This document shows positions 34,212 through 47,644 of a DNA stretch of 64,000 nt, piece after piece. How positions within the stretch are numbered: the first letter of the stretch is position 1; each line of letters opens with the position of its first letter. The position numbers and the translations under genes are program-made. Source of the stretch: the human T2T-CHM13v2.0 reference genome, Homo sapiens. A model generated the notes under the pieces. It searched no databases. It was not told the origin of the DNA and worked only from the letters and a program-made list of their open reading frames with translations. The DNA is taken from the NCBI RefSeq assembly GCF_009914755.1, contig NC_060947.1. One strand, written 5' to 3'.

Positions 34212-37200
34212 GATTCTTATTTTCTTATTAACATTTTTATGTTGTTAAGAATTAGGCAGCTTTAGAGTGGGTCTCATCTCCTAGATGTCCCCCACACAGA
34301 CAGGGCCCCCAAAACTCTCTGAGATCTTGCCATCATCCAGAATAATATTTCTAACTTCTCGGACCGGATTCAACTGCTTTGAGGGGCAGGCGGGCCTCTC
34401 AGTCTAGCAGATGTCTGCTGTCACATACCTAAATGGCATTTGGCTCCCCATAGCATTCACCTGGCGATTGTTTGCCGTTGTCTACCATACTGGGGAGGAA
34501 AGCTTATCATGTTCTCTTCCTTGTTGGACCCTCTATAAATACACCCAGATTGCGTGGGCCTGAATTGAACACTCTGGCGAGAAACCAACTTTCTCAGGAA
34601 GAAGGAGATCAGTTGCATTACAACATAACTTGCAATTCCTTTCCAAACTTCTGGTGCTTTCGCTTTGAAAAAAAATAAAAGCTGCTGCTGTTCATCATTG
34701 CTAGCCAAAAGCATTTATAGATTATGGACTGTTTTTTTTTCATCTAGAAGGGAGCACATAGCAAACATGGTGTTCTTTATTAGAGGTTGTGAGACATCCA
34801 GACAAGGACTAACACTCAGCGAGTCCCAGATAAATGCTACTTGGTCTTGATCACTGTCTTTCTCCAGGTCATTTCTTCTATTACTTTCCCTTTAAGACAG
34901 AGTCACTAAGACCATAGAAAATAAATCAACCTATAAGAGGAATTCTTAAATTATGTGGAAGATGAGAGTGGGTGGATAGGAAGAAAAAAAAGTGAGGAAT
35001 TGTGGGGAGAGAAGTACCTCTCCCTCAGAGAAGGTGGCATGGCATAAGTGGGAGTCAGGGAAATATGGGACTTATAAAAGGAAGGCAACATGTCTTTTTG
35101 TGGCAGAGAAAAAAGTTACACAAAAAAAATTGTTTCTGGATCAACAAAAGAAAATATATAAAGCAAAATATAAATAGAAGTTGAAGACTATAGTACTATA
35201 AGAAAACAAAGACAAAAAAAAAAAAAAAAAGATTGTGAGTCCCTAGAAGCCAAGGGCAGTGACTATCTCATTGATTTTTCTAGTTCCTGTGCCCAGCACA
35301 GGACTGATGGTGAAGCAAAGCAGGTCTGGACTAGGGCAACGACATGGGGACAGAAAAGGATCTTAGACAGAATTGTACAAAGAATGACCTGAAAGCACTG
35401 GTAATCGGCTACATAGAAGAGAGTTCAGGCCTAGTGATGTCAGCAGAGAAGTGAGTAGGACATAGTAGGTCCAGGGAATATACTGAAAGTAGAGAGGATC
35501 ACAGACCCATCTGTCCTTCCTTACAGAAATGATTCTCTTAGGGAAAGCACGAGAAAGCTATGCAATAGGGGGAGGTATGCCAAAGATTTTGATCACTTCA
35601 TTCACTTTTATATCCTGCAAATAAGGAAGTTTCCCAATATCTAGCTATCTATACTCGAGGCATGAATCACCACAGGACTACACTACCCAGGGAGACTGGA
35701 GTCTAAATAGAAATACGCACATGAATTGCTGTTTTGGCTCAGCTCTTCAGGCCTCAACAAGCTGAGCTTGGAGTTGAAAGGAGGCAGCCAAGAAAATGAA
35801 AGTTGCTATTACTCAGGCTTTGACAGACAAAGTAGGTTTCCCATCTTTGCTCAATACTATATTTTATAGCAACTGAATAGGCAGAGTAGGTGGGGAGTAG
35901 GCCAGAGCCTGGGGGCTCTGTCTAAAATAATTCCACTGTATGATAGCCACAGCATAGCCCCCAAGTGAAGGTCAGAAAAGGGCGACTGAACAGGAAGAGA
36001 GTTCATGGATTTTCCAGGTTCTTCGCAAGTTGAGGACCTTCTGAACTGATGTAATGAAGACTTATGGGGAAGCTGTGGTATTATTCCACTGCATTTCTCA
36101 ATAAAATAGAGGAAGGGCTATTCCAGATGACTTCTTGAAGAAATAAAATATTCTGTACATACTTGAAAAGCAAAACCCCAAGGTAACATTTTGTAACTTT
36201 TTTGATGGCGAAAAGAATCCCCCTACTTTCTTGCCTTCTCTCTGTACCTGCCACTACATTTTCTCCCTGAAATTCATATCTTTTCCATGTGCAAAATATA
36301 TTCACCCTGTCCACACAGCTCTAAACTGAGGATAAAGAGGAACAGAGTTTTTTACTTATTTATGCAATAAATAGTTATCAGCCACTTATTCTATACCAGG
36401 CATTGTTCAAAGAGCTGAAGATACGGTGGTGAGTGGGACAGGCAAGGTTAGCCTAACCGAGACATCCGCTCTGTCTTCTCAGCATCTGCTCTGACCAGCA
36501 AGGGCACAGGGGTGCTAAGGTGGAGAGAAGAGGCACTGTCGAGTACAAGGCAGAGCGTCTTGGTGAAATGTCAGGTCAGCTCCTTGTCAGCACATGCTTG
36601 AGTAAAATGAACAAGCGAGGTCTTATATATAACATGTGTAAAGTTCTTGGAGACTGTTCTAGTGAAACAGCACCAGCTATAAGGAGCTGCCATAATTAGA
36701 AAGACATAGGAGTTGATAACAAACAGGAAAATGTGTTCTGAGAAGGTATGGAGAAGGCGAACAGTCACTGCTTCCCTCTGGGGCCCCCACTCTTCTTTGT
36801 GAGGCTGTCACGAAACACAGTAGTCTCTCCAACACATCTAAGCACCCACAGTGGCAGCTGAAGAAAAACACTATAATCTCTCTCGATCTTTCTCACAGTT
36901 TTGGTAATTTTTGAGACTTCAGTGAATGGATGGCACTCAACATTCAACAGCCAAGGAGCTACATTTAATTGGAATTCTGACTAAAAAAAAGTGTGTAACA
37001 AATTGATTAAAAGTAATAGTTAACACATTCATCAGGGAATCTAAATACCTCATTGTGAGAACTTCTACTAAAGGTTCAATAAGGGACAAATCTCTGCAGG
37101 TACTAGAAATTTCTTTTCATTTTCTACTGTGGGACCTGGAGAAGCTACTGGTCTACTGTGGGAGGGCCGCACCCTACTACCTTCTGCGGAGACCCAAACC

Positions 37201-37291
37201 ACTGCCTGCTCCAGCCTCTCCTATGTCCTGGCTAATGGCCAAAAGATGATTAAGTCAACTTTAGGGACAAAGCGGTTCTCATCTCCTAAAC

Positions 37292-37524
37292 CAAGCTTGT
37301 CCAACCCGCAGCCCACGGGCTGCATACGGCTCAGGACAGCAGTGAATGAAGCCCAATTCAAATTTGTGAACTTTCTTAAAATACTATGAGGTTTTTTTTT
37401 TTTTTTGGCAATTTTTATTTGTAGCTCATCAGTTATCGTTAGTGTTAGTGTATTTTATGTGTGGCCCAAGACAATTCTTCCTCTTCCAATATAGCCCAGG
37501 GAAGCCAAAAGATTGGATACCCCT
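37292..37524 (-). mobile_element. MER30
   Basis: reverse complement of the 27852 element: caagcttgtccaaccc ... gggaagccaaaagattggatacccct. Confidence 0.88.
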
Positions 37525-37599
37525 TCCATTTTCCCATCAGGCAGTGGAAAGGAAGGGTAATGAATTTGAATAACAAACTTTCCTTCTTTGCCTTGTAAA

Positions 37600-38250
37600 T
37601 GCTATCACTTAACTGGACTCCTTGCCTCCAATTTCTGATCTTTAAAACATCCTTCACGCTGCTGGCAGAGTTAACATTACTGATGTTAACTGATCTGACC
37701 ATGTCACTCTCATGCTTCAAGCCCTTCATGGGCTCTGCACTGCCACAGAGTAAAGCTCAGATTCCTTAGTATGCTATTCATGGCCCTCCCAAATTTTTTA
37801 CCACCTTTTCCATCTCATCTTTCACTGTCCACGTCCTCTTCCAATCTGGCTTGTGGCCTCAGCTCCCCAGCCACATAATGCTATCGATGTACTTTCATGT
37901 CTTTGAGCCACTGCTCATGCCATATTCCTCTGCCAGGAAGATCCTTCCTTCCAATCTCGATCTGTCAAAATTCTCCTCATCTTTCAAAGGCTGGCTTAAA
38001 GGCTACCTCCTATTTTTAAAGTCTTGTCTAATTCCCTCGGTAAGAATTAATCCTTCTCTTCTCCAGGCTAGCATAGTACTTGGTTTATATTTCTTTTATG
38101 ACACACTGTGCCTTGGAGTATAGTAAGGTAGGCATGTTTTCATCACCCTCATTGAAAGTGCTTAAGTTATCTCTGTACCTTTGTCTGCAGCCCCTATGCT
38201 CAGTGCTTGGCACAGAGAGCTGCTTGCTCAATATTGAATAAATGAATGCA
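37600..38250 (+). mobile_element. L2 3' region
   Basis: atctgaccatgtcactctcatgcttcaagcccttcatgg...cagtgcttggcacagag...gaataaatgaatg. Confidence 0.8.
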
Positions 38251-38386
38251 AATGGTGATGATATATGCATATGTGATGAGTGTGTAGGTGGGGGGGATTC
38301 TCTATGTCCTTATCAACAGACCCCATCAAATCCAGCACTACATAAAAAATGGGCATTCAATAAATAACTCCTAATAAATGACGAGG

Positions 38387-38428
<42 letters not shown>

Positions 38429-39569
38429 TTTACTTTTTATTTTGCCTTGTGAATTTCATTTTGAAAAGGAGCCATAGAAGTAATCATGCTTTAAGTGACT
38501 TCCAAGAACAACAAACAAGAACAAAGACCATTAGACCAAGTAAAAGCTCAGATCTGAGTTCCATCTCAGTATATTATAATGAAACCTGCAGTTTTAACAA
38601 TAATTTGGACCATGGGTTATCAGATTGCAATTACTGATCAATCAATTTGTCACACAACAGCTCGGGGAATGACATAACTGAAAAAAGAAATTGGCAATAC
38701 GAAAATTGCTCCCCATGGGGATACCCTTATCCTATATTTGTGTCTGGCAAACAAAGGCGGCAGCACCACTGGGTTCTGGTCTGGAGATCTTTCAGCTCTG
38801 ACTGCCTTCGAGCATCCATATGCAGCTATAACAAACTGCCTCTAGCTTGGCTTAATCTTTTGTATTAGCTCATTAATGAGTCTGGATTCCTTCCCCATTT
38901 TCCATGGTATCCCAGGCAGGCACAAAGGCTCAGGCAGCAGGGGGCAGCTTTCCTTTTGCCTGACAACAAGTGGTCACTGGTCCCAGTCTGTGGCTAACAA
39001 ATTCCATAGTTCTTTGAAGGTAGAGCCCATGGTGTAGGTCTGCCCTAGGCTCTGCAATGCAAAAAAGAGCTTTGGGAATTTGGGCCTAGGCAGTGTCACT
39101 TGTAACTGTGACATCACCCCAACAGCTGAGAGTGATGGTGTCTCAAGAAAGCTCAGTAGCCACAAGCCCTGTGAATTCTTTCTGCTCTGTTGGCATGTGA
39201 AATACACACACACTCACAAACATATTATATGCTGCTCAAAATCATTCTAAATACCTCCTGTGAGACATCGGCCAATAAGGATATCATGTCAACCGGGTTT
39301 TAAATATAGGAACCTCTCACCATCTTCAACCAGAGAGCAAAATGCAAAAGGAATGCAGATTAACTTGCCCTGATCTTTATAGCTCTGAAGTCTCTCCACT
39401 TGATACCATCCTTCCATGAAAGGTCCTGGTGGGGCTGAAGATTAAAATGGGACTTCTGGATCATGTGGTAAAATCTCTAAGCTGTACTCCAAGGGCAGCC
39501 TGCCTATTTATAGAGCCTCTACTTCAGGGCAGAGTTCAAACTTGGGAAAATCTGAAGAACTTGATTTAA

Positions 39570-39579
39570 ACACACCCAC

Positions 39580-39620
<41 letters not shown>
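39570..39620. repeat. (CA)n microsatellite
   Basis: direct observation. Confidence 0.95.
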
Positions 39621-39624
<4 letters not shown>

Positions 39625-39909
39625 AAAAATCGTCTTCATTTTCCATTCAGTCACTTTGAGCCAAACTAATCTTTAAATAGTTCAAAAATCTGTTGAAGGT
39701 TGGCTAGATATATTTTTCCAAGAATCTTTAGAATTTAGATTATTATATTTAGAATTTTTAAATCATTTAAACAACACTCCAAACTGGAAACGTTGTAGTC
39801 TCTCCATTTCAGAAATTGATAAACTGAGGCACAGAGACTCAAGTCACTTAAAAGGTCACTCTTGACTTGCCCTTATGCTAACTCTTCATATTGTAATAAT
39901 ATGAAGAAA

Positions 39910-40120
39910 AACAGTATCTAGAATGTATTGAGTGCCTACCACATATATTATCCCTAATATTTGTCTTAACTTTTCAAGATAGATGATAGTATACCCATTT
40001 CACAGATTAGGAAGCATGAGTATAGGAAAGTTAAGTAATTTGCCCTAAAGCCAAGTTACTACAAAATGACAAATCTGAGAATTAAAAATAGATCTATTTG
40101 GCTCTAAAGCCTTTGTTCTT
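39910..40120 (-). mobile_element. MIR
   Basis: gtattgagtgcctac...cccatttcacagattaggaagc...gttaagtaatttgccc. Confidence 0.75.
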
Positions 40121-40301
40121 TCCCCCAAACTAAATAATCCAGTGTTTTGGCTCTCAGATGTCTCACTGAGACTCTCAGTCACATACCAGTGATGCTTTAC
40201 AACTAAAACAGGTAGTATTGGTGTAACAAAAACTCATGTGGAGCAGTGAACATCACAATCCCAAAACAGTCCTTTTTAACCTTTAAACAGGGTGGAGAGT
40301 A

Positions 40302-40397
40302 TTTTTCTTTTTTCTTTTTTTCTTTTTTTTTTGAGACAGAGTCTCGCTCTGTCGCCCAGGCTGGAGTGCAGTGGCGCGATCTCGGCTCACTGCAAGC
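40302..40397 (-). mobile_element. Severely 5'-truncated AluY-like insertion
   Basis: only ~66 nt of the Alu 3' end plus T tail; 16-bp TSD ggtggagagta(t/c)tttt at 40291 and 40398. Confidence 0.93.
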
Positions 40398-40599
40398 GGT
40401 GGAGAGTACTTTTCTAGTCACTTCCATGTCTCTCCCTCTCCCACCTCAACATACATGTAAATACGTATCCCTCTCTTCCCACCAAAAATGGCAACAACAT
40501 CAAGAGAGTTGCCAAATTATCACAATATTTGGGGGATATTGTTTTGGGTCAGTGAAGGTTTCATAGCTGTTTCCATCATAACTAAAAACTAACATGTGT

Positions 40600-41400
40600 G
40601 CTAAGTTGGATTTCCCCTATCATGCTTAGGCACTCATGTTTGTGAATCTACATGTAATACTTCACATTTATCCCCATGGGGATATTACTCTGCTAGTTTT
40701 CTCCTGTCATTGCAGCCTACTGAGATATTTTTGCATCCCAATTGTGTTATCTATGTATTCACTAACCCCCACCTAGCATCATGCAGTCACTAAATATTAG
40801 AAGTATGCCTTCTCTATCTTCAGTTAAGTCACTAGCAAAAACTTTAGGCAATAAGGGGCTAAGCACAAAGTTAATAACCAAAGGCCTCACTCTGGGCTGA
40901 TATTGATACATTTCATATATGATAATTAATTAGCTACACATTTATCCAAGTAGATGATCAGTTAGCCAATGTTTCTCCTTACTTATTTTAAAACAAATCA
41001 TAGGAATCTCTGTCAAACACCTTGCTGAAATCTAGACCCAGCATGTCTATGCCATTCCTCTGATCAATAAGGCATGTGCATGTACGCACATATAAGGGGA
41101 AATGGCCTGATTAGTTCTGAGTAAGTCCACAGTGGCTACTTGTAACCACCATGGTTGCTTCCAAGAGCTCATGCTCTCCAAGAATCTAATCTAGAATTTC
41201 ATTAAGATGTGACACCAGACTTTCTGGTTTGTGGCTTCCAGAATCCAATTTCCATCCCTTATTGAAGGTGATGGTAAACAATTGTGCCAGTCTTCAGTCT
41301 TTTGGCTCTTCACCAATTCTTTGTGATGCTTCAAAGTTTAATAACAGTGATACCATGATAATAACCATAAGAATCCTCAGTGGCCTTGAATGTAACTAAC
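40600..41400 (-). mobile_element. L3/CR1 LINE relic (RT region)
   Basis: minus strand 41012-41053 translates GIDMLGLDFSKVFD, matching the CR1 RT motif VDVxYLDFSKAFD; boundaries approximate. Confidence 0.7.
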
Positions 41401-43523
41401 CTGAACTTGGACCTCATTTTTGTGACATACCAGAAGAGTAATTCTCTTAGCTTTTATTTGGTTTCGTCAGCTGCTTGCCCATAATACAGAACAGATATTA
41501 CTCTCAGAAGTGATGACTTAGCAAAATAGGGACTATGAAAAAAATATCTAGATCAACTTATTAAACAAGGAAAAGAAGACCATACTTAAGAAATTATCCA
41601 ATAAGATCCAGTGCATATAAATAATAATGTCATCTTTATTTTGGATATTAATTAGAACTCTGTTGGAGACACTCCACTTAACAGTTGCTACATAAAATCA
41701 CTGTGCTCACTATCTAAGGAAAGCACATAGTTAGGAGTAAAGAATTAATCTCATTATTACCATTTTACCTTAACTATATACCAACACTGAGCCCATACAG
41801 AATTTGGAAACATTTTTTGCTATGTGTCAAATAAATCTACAGTTGAACACTAGATCTCAAATAGCCATGGGATTAAAGGACTAAGACCAAACATTTGTTT
41901 GGGCCAATTAACACAAGACTGCACCATATAGACAAGCTAGTTCAAGACAAAAGAGCTCAGCTCAGCACTTTGTTTTCATCGGATTTTGTTAGAATCCTAA
42001 TGACATGGGCAAAGAAAACTCATATATGTTGGTCATCAGCTTCAAAGAAGCCACTTCTGGTTCACTAGTACTAGAGCATGGGCCTTTAGCTATCACTTCA
42101 ATAATGTTACCACCAAGCCATTCACATTCTCCCATTTGGTCTCCATTCTGACCCACAGTTCATTTTAGAAAGTGGCTGATGGGGACTGGAGGGCATGCTG
42201 TGACTTCCTTGTGTATTATAGATATTTAGTACCTTCATTGACCACTCAAATTACGAAATGGCTCACGTGGGATTAAGCCTTTAATGTTAGCTTTAAGGGC
42301 ATCTAAGATTTCTGTTATTTTTGCAGTTGGACCCCTTTAAGTGAAATCTTACTTAGAAGACCAATATGTGAAGAAGATTTTTAAAAACGGAGCTGCTCTG
42401 GTTAAAATAGGAATGGGGGACTTAGAACAACCTCCACAGCACCTCTCCCACATTCCCTATGGAACACAATCTGAATACACTGCCCTAAACAACTGAGCTA
42501 TCTGGCACATAAGCCCACTGACTAATATGATGCTAATTTTGTCATTCTGGAAGGAGGAAGGAGGCACGAGATAAATTATTATAAGATGTCCAGGAAGGTG
42601 GAGGAGTTGAGATCCAGGGGATGAGACTGAAAGGATGACTGACCCTGAATGAGAACAGGAGCCTGAGTCAGACTCTGTGAGTGGGTAAAAGGCCATGAGC
42701 AACAGGTCTTGCTGATTCTGCCTTCCTTTGGTTCAGTGATCCCAGCAGAGACCTCCCCACCCGGTGCAACAACTGCCCAATGAGTTGAATGAGGCAGTTG
42801 GGCACTAAGGTATACTTGTTAGGCCCAAACTTAGTTAATATCCAAAATAAGTGATAAATAATTAGCAAGTTCATGATTCCTACTGTGCAGCCATTTGTTC
42901 CAAAGATGAACTTCATAACTATGGGCTTCTGCCATGATTTGGAGTACTTACTGTATAAGAAAATGTGTCTGTGTATTTGCAAGCATGTTTGCATCAAGAG
43001 CCTTTGGAAGCAGAGCAAATGGCACTATAGAATATTAACCTGTTCATTTCCCAGTCCCAGTGTTGTCATTTACTGGTAGTATGACTTTGGACAAGTCATT
43101 TCCCTCTCCTGGCTTTAACATCCTCTGTAAAATCAAAGGGTTAGACCCTATGATCCTGCACTTATATAATTCTGCCCTTTAGCACAGACACTGGTTAATA
43201 TTGAATGCGAAAAGTACCTTAAATGAAATCTAAATTCAGAAATAAGGGCAGCAAAGGTTAAGTCCTTTGAATTGACTGATCAGTCAATTAATTATATATA
43301 TATTGAGGGTCTACTTTGTATATGCTATTGTGTTAGGTGCCATGGGATACAAAGAATTAAATGTGTGATTCCACACTTAGGGAGTTTACAGTCTAGAAGC
43401 ATGATACATATTCATAAATATATCTGGGTTAATTTCTGAAATAGTATTTGAATACACACACACATACATACACACAGACTGATATACCTCATATAGCAAA
43501 TATTTGTAACTGCAAACGTTTTA

Positions 43524-43950
<427 letters not shown>

Positions 43951-44599
43951 CTAAACTTCATAAACCTGGTAGTCTATATTGTTTGACAGAATTCTCTTTT
44001 CATATGTAGAACTTGTCTTTCCATTGCTAACATGTCCAGTTAAAAATATCCTATGAAAGAATACAATAATGTAATCAGAAAAGTTCATGTATTTCCCTCC
44101 ATTGCTCAATCAAGATGACCACAACACTAATACCAACAACATTTTGGCTCACCATTTCTGACTCATCTTCCATTTTTGAGTAATTTAATTTAATATGCAA
44201 GGACTAAAATACATGACCTAATTTAAGTACCTTTAATCCTGTGTATTCTAAATATAGCAAATAGTTCATTTTCAAGAAATTTAGTATGAAATACTTGGGA
44301 ATTCTTCTTGGTGCAGTGTTATTAAACTGTATATAGTAATTAAGATATTAAAAACACATGCTCCCCAAAGCCACCAGACATTGTGATTATTTTTCAGGCT
44401 ATTAGGCAAAGTGACAGAAGATTTTTTAATGATAAATCCGTTTTGGAATATATCAGAGAATTCCCTTTTACTTCATGAAATAATGTTTAACTCCACAGAG
44501 TCTAAGTCTGGTATTTAAGGACTAACTCACATTGTCCTTTTGTGACTCAGAAGTCATTCATTGGCTTTTGCTAACATGTCTTGTAGGTACTCTGTCCTT

Positions 44600-44603
44600 C
44601 ACA

Positions 44604-44638
<35 letters not shown>

Positions 44639-44659
44639 ACACACACACACACACACACA
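44600..44659. repeat. (CA)n microsatellite
   Basis: direct observation, two interruptions. Confidence 0.95.
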
Positions 44660-45504
44660 TTCTGGCTCCGTATGGAAATAAATGGCAATTACTAGAGTTC
44701 TGCCATGTCACTTGTGAACAAGTAAGACAGACACTGGGACATAATTCCATTTGGGAAGGTCTTTTATTTAAAGTTGACTTTCAAAAGGTTTCTCCTTTTA
44801 TTTAGAAATTTTAGCTCAATATTGGCTTTTCTAGCAACCACTGCACTAGGCCAGTGTTTTACAACTCTCACTGGTGTTATTGTGAGAAGACTATGAAAAC
44901 AAGTTACTTGGAGTGTTTTCCATCATGTCTGAGATTCATTTCAAACATTTTATTAAAATCACATGCTAAGGAATGTCCTGAGTGCTCCTTTGGCACTTAA
45001 CAGCTTTACTAATTAACTTATTAAAAAATTTTAACTTTCTATTTCAAAAGTTAGTTTCTTCATTGCACTAGAGTCTGCCAGGCATCTTAAAAATAATTTT
45101 CTGGTGTTTACAGAGGGGGATGGAAGTGGAGACATTTCAGCATCTGTTCTAGATTTTTTAATTATCTTTGACCATTTAACATCATTCTATGAAGTAGGGC
45201 TCACTAACAGAAAGTTCTTCTGCTATTTATAACTCAAACTCATGCCACAAAGTTCCTCTGTTTCCATACAATGTGGTGGTTAGTTTTCCAAGAATCTCAC
45301 CAACTGAGATTTTGTAAACAATGTGCTTAATCTTTCATTGCTGCTGATTTTAGAGCTTTGGCCATAGAAATTACCATATTTGGCACTTGAAAATTATCAG
45401 ACCACAAATTAAGGAGTTTTTGTTATTTGTATTCTGCACATCTTTTCTATATAGATCTTCCTAATAGGTGTGCCATGTCTTGGTACAAGTAAAGGAAAGT
45501 GCAC

Positions 45505-45730
45505 AGAGAATGAAATCAGTAGCTCTGGATTCTAGGTCTAGCTCTACCACTTACTGTATGGAACTCAGTAGACTTCTAATGCCCACAGTTTCTTCATCTG
45601 GGAAATGTAAGTAATAATGCCTGCCTTGCTTTCCTCTCTGAGTGGTTATAAAGATCACGTTATCTAATGGATAGGAAAGAGCTTTGCAAACTGAATTGTG
45701 CTATGTAAACATATGGCAGAATTATCATTC
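45505..45730 (+). mobile_element. MIR
   Basis: ctggattctaggtctagctctaccacttactg...cagtttcttcatctgggaaatg. Confidence 0.75.
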
Positions 45731-47025
45731 ATATGGAATCACATGGTTAACATGATTCGAAAACAGGTCACCTATCTGGCCCTGGAGGAGGGAAACTTAG
45801 GGGTGATAAATGCAAAACTGTTTCTATAGTTTAATGTTTTCATAGCCTAATGAGAACAAGGCAGAACAGAAGAATTGGGTGGGGGGAAGGGCAAGTTTAA
45901 GTTCCATCTGCCCAGGCTGGAAGACTGGTGGGAAGGGAACAACCTTTGAAAAGATGAGAGGTTACAAAGTGGAAAGGGGTGACCTGGGAACAGGGTGTTT
46001 TAAAAAGAGTGGCAGAGCAGAGAATAAAGTCACAAGACTTGTTCACAAGAGGGTGCTGGGTTAAAGCCTGACCTTGAGCCACAAATCATGGAATCACACG
46101 GCTGGAAGGAATCTTAAGAGGCCATCTCGTCCACTCCCCCACCATTCAGCAGGACATTTCAACGATCCCAAACAGATGAGACTTTATCTAACTTTGAATG
46201 AAAAGCTCTGACACCAAGTGGGCAGGTATTGACTACTCTGGCTTCAACTGTTTACAACGGGCAGGAAAACAATTTCTGGTATTTCGTTTGAACCTGAACT
46301 GAAATGGGGAAACAATAAATGGATAGATTTTTCCTTGGGAACAATAAGTCCTGTAGCAGTTTAGGGACTACTAAATTAGCACTAACTACATAACTACTCT
46401 TAAAGAGAGAGAAAAAGTTAACAACAAAACTAGGTTAGGGGATAAATGGCCCATAGTATTATATGAGTAACGATGTGTTGTGATCGTTTTTGGTAATTGT
46501 GGAGTCTTCTCTCCATGCAGGAGCCTGGAGCAGAATGATACTAACAAAAACAAAACTTAGTTGTTGTTGTTTTAAAGCAACATGGCCTAGCAAATTCCAG
46601 GACTGACACTGAGGACATAAAAGAGTTCAATTCTTTTCCTAACACAAGAAAATAAGTCCTCACACAAATTAGAAACTGAAAAGGAAATAAAAAGGTCCTC
46701 ATTTCTGATCGTGGGAATGTTACACATGAACTCTGCCTTGGAAGGAGGAGGGGAGAACATTCCACACCTGTAGGCCTTCCCAGGAAAGGGGCCTGAGCCT
46801 GGCTCTGAACCCATCCCCTCAAGGTTATACCATGGGACTATCAATATGAAAATAATGTTACTTTATTCCCTTAGTGGGTATATTCTTTCCAGCGCTATCA
46901 ACAGTAACCATAACCTGCAAGGAGGCAGCTGAGAATTCCCAGGAAACAAAGTGAAAAGCTATTTTGGGATGTGCTCATAAATGGCCTAGCTATAGTTCAT
47001 CTGGATGGACGCACATGGGGCATAC

Positions 47026-47028
<3 letters not shown>

Positions 47029-47067
<39 letters not shown>
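47029..47067. repeat. (GA)n microsatellite
   Basis: direct observation. Confidence 0.95.
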
Positions 47068-47071
<4 letters not shown>

Positions 47072-47601
47072 AGTATTTCTGTATTTATAAATATGTATGT
47101 TGGAGCATGCTATTGTAGTTTTAATAGATGCAGCACCGAGCAAGGGGCTTAGGAAAATAACATCACATTCTCAGATTCACCACTCAATTACATGTGAACT
47201 TAGAAAGTTAACTTGATTCTTCCTCCCTATCACCAAATCTTTAGGCCGATTTAGTCAGGCATTCAGTGAATCCAGATGTTTGGCAGTGTATAGGAAACAT
47301 CTGGATGATTGATTGAGTTTTAAACTGAACTCACTGGATCTTTTGGCAGTATGTCTATACAGCCATTAATGGCTTTCTGCCTCAGTTTCTCTAACTATAA
47401 AAAGGACAAACATTATTTATCCCTTACCTTCTGAAAAACAGTGAAAATGAGATAAGGTTTAAGAGTAATAATGAGTTCTTGAAAAGATTCTGTCACAGTT
47501 TTATACCTTATATAATTCCAAGTTGGATTTTTTTCCTAAGCAGTTAGACTTTAGAACATGACATCACTTTGAAATATGGGTAAATGCTATACAAAGAGAA
47601 C

Positions 47602-47644
47602 ACATTATCATTATCATCATCATCGACATCATCATCATCATCAT
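47602..47644. repeat. (CAT)n imperfect microsatellite
   Basis: direct observation. Confidence 0.85.

Noticed and set aside
39504-39513. MEF2-like CTATTTATAG, with similar sites near 36623 and 45223
   Set aside because: Short AT-rich motifs are expected by chance in 64 kb and they do not cluster.
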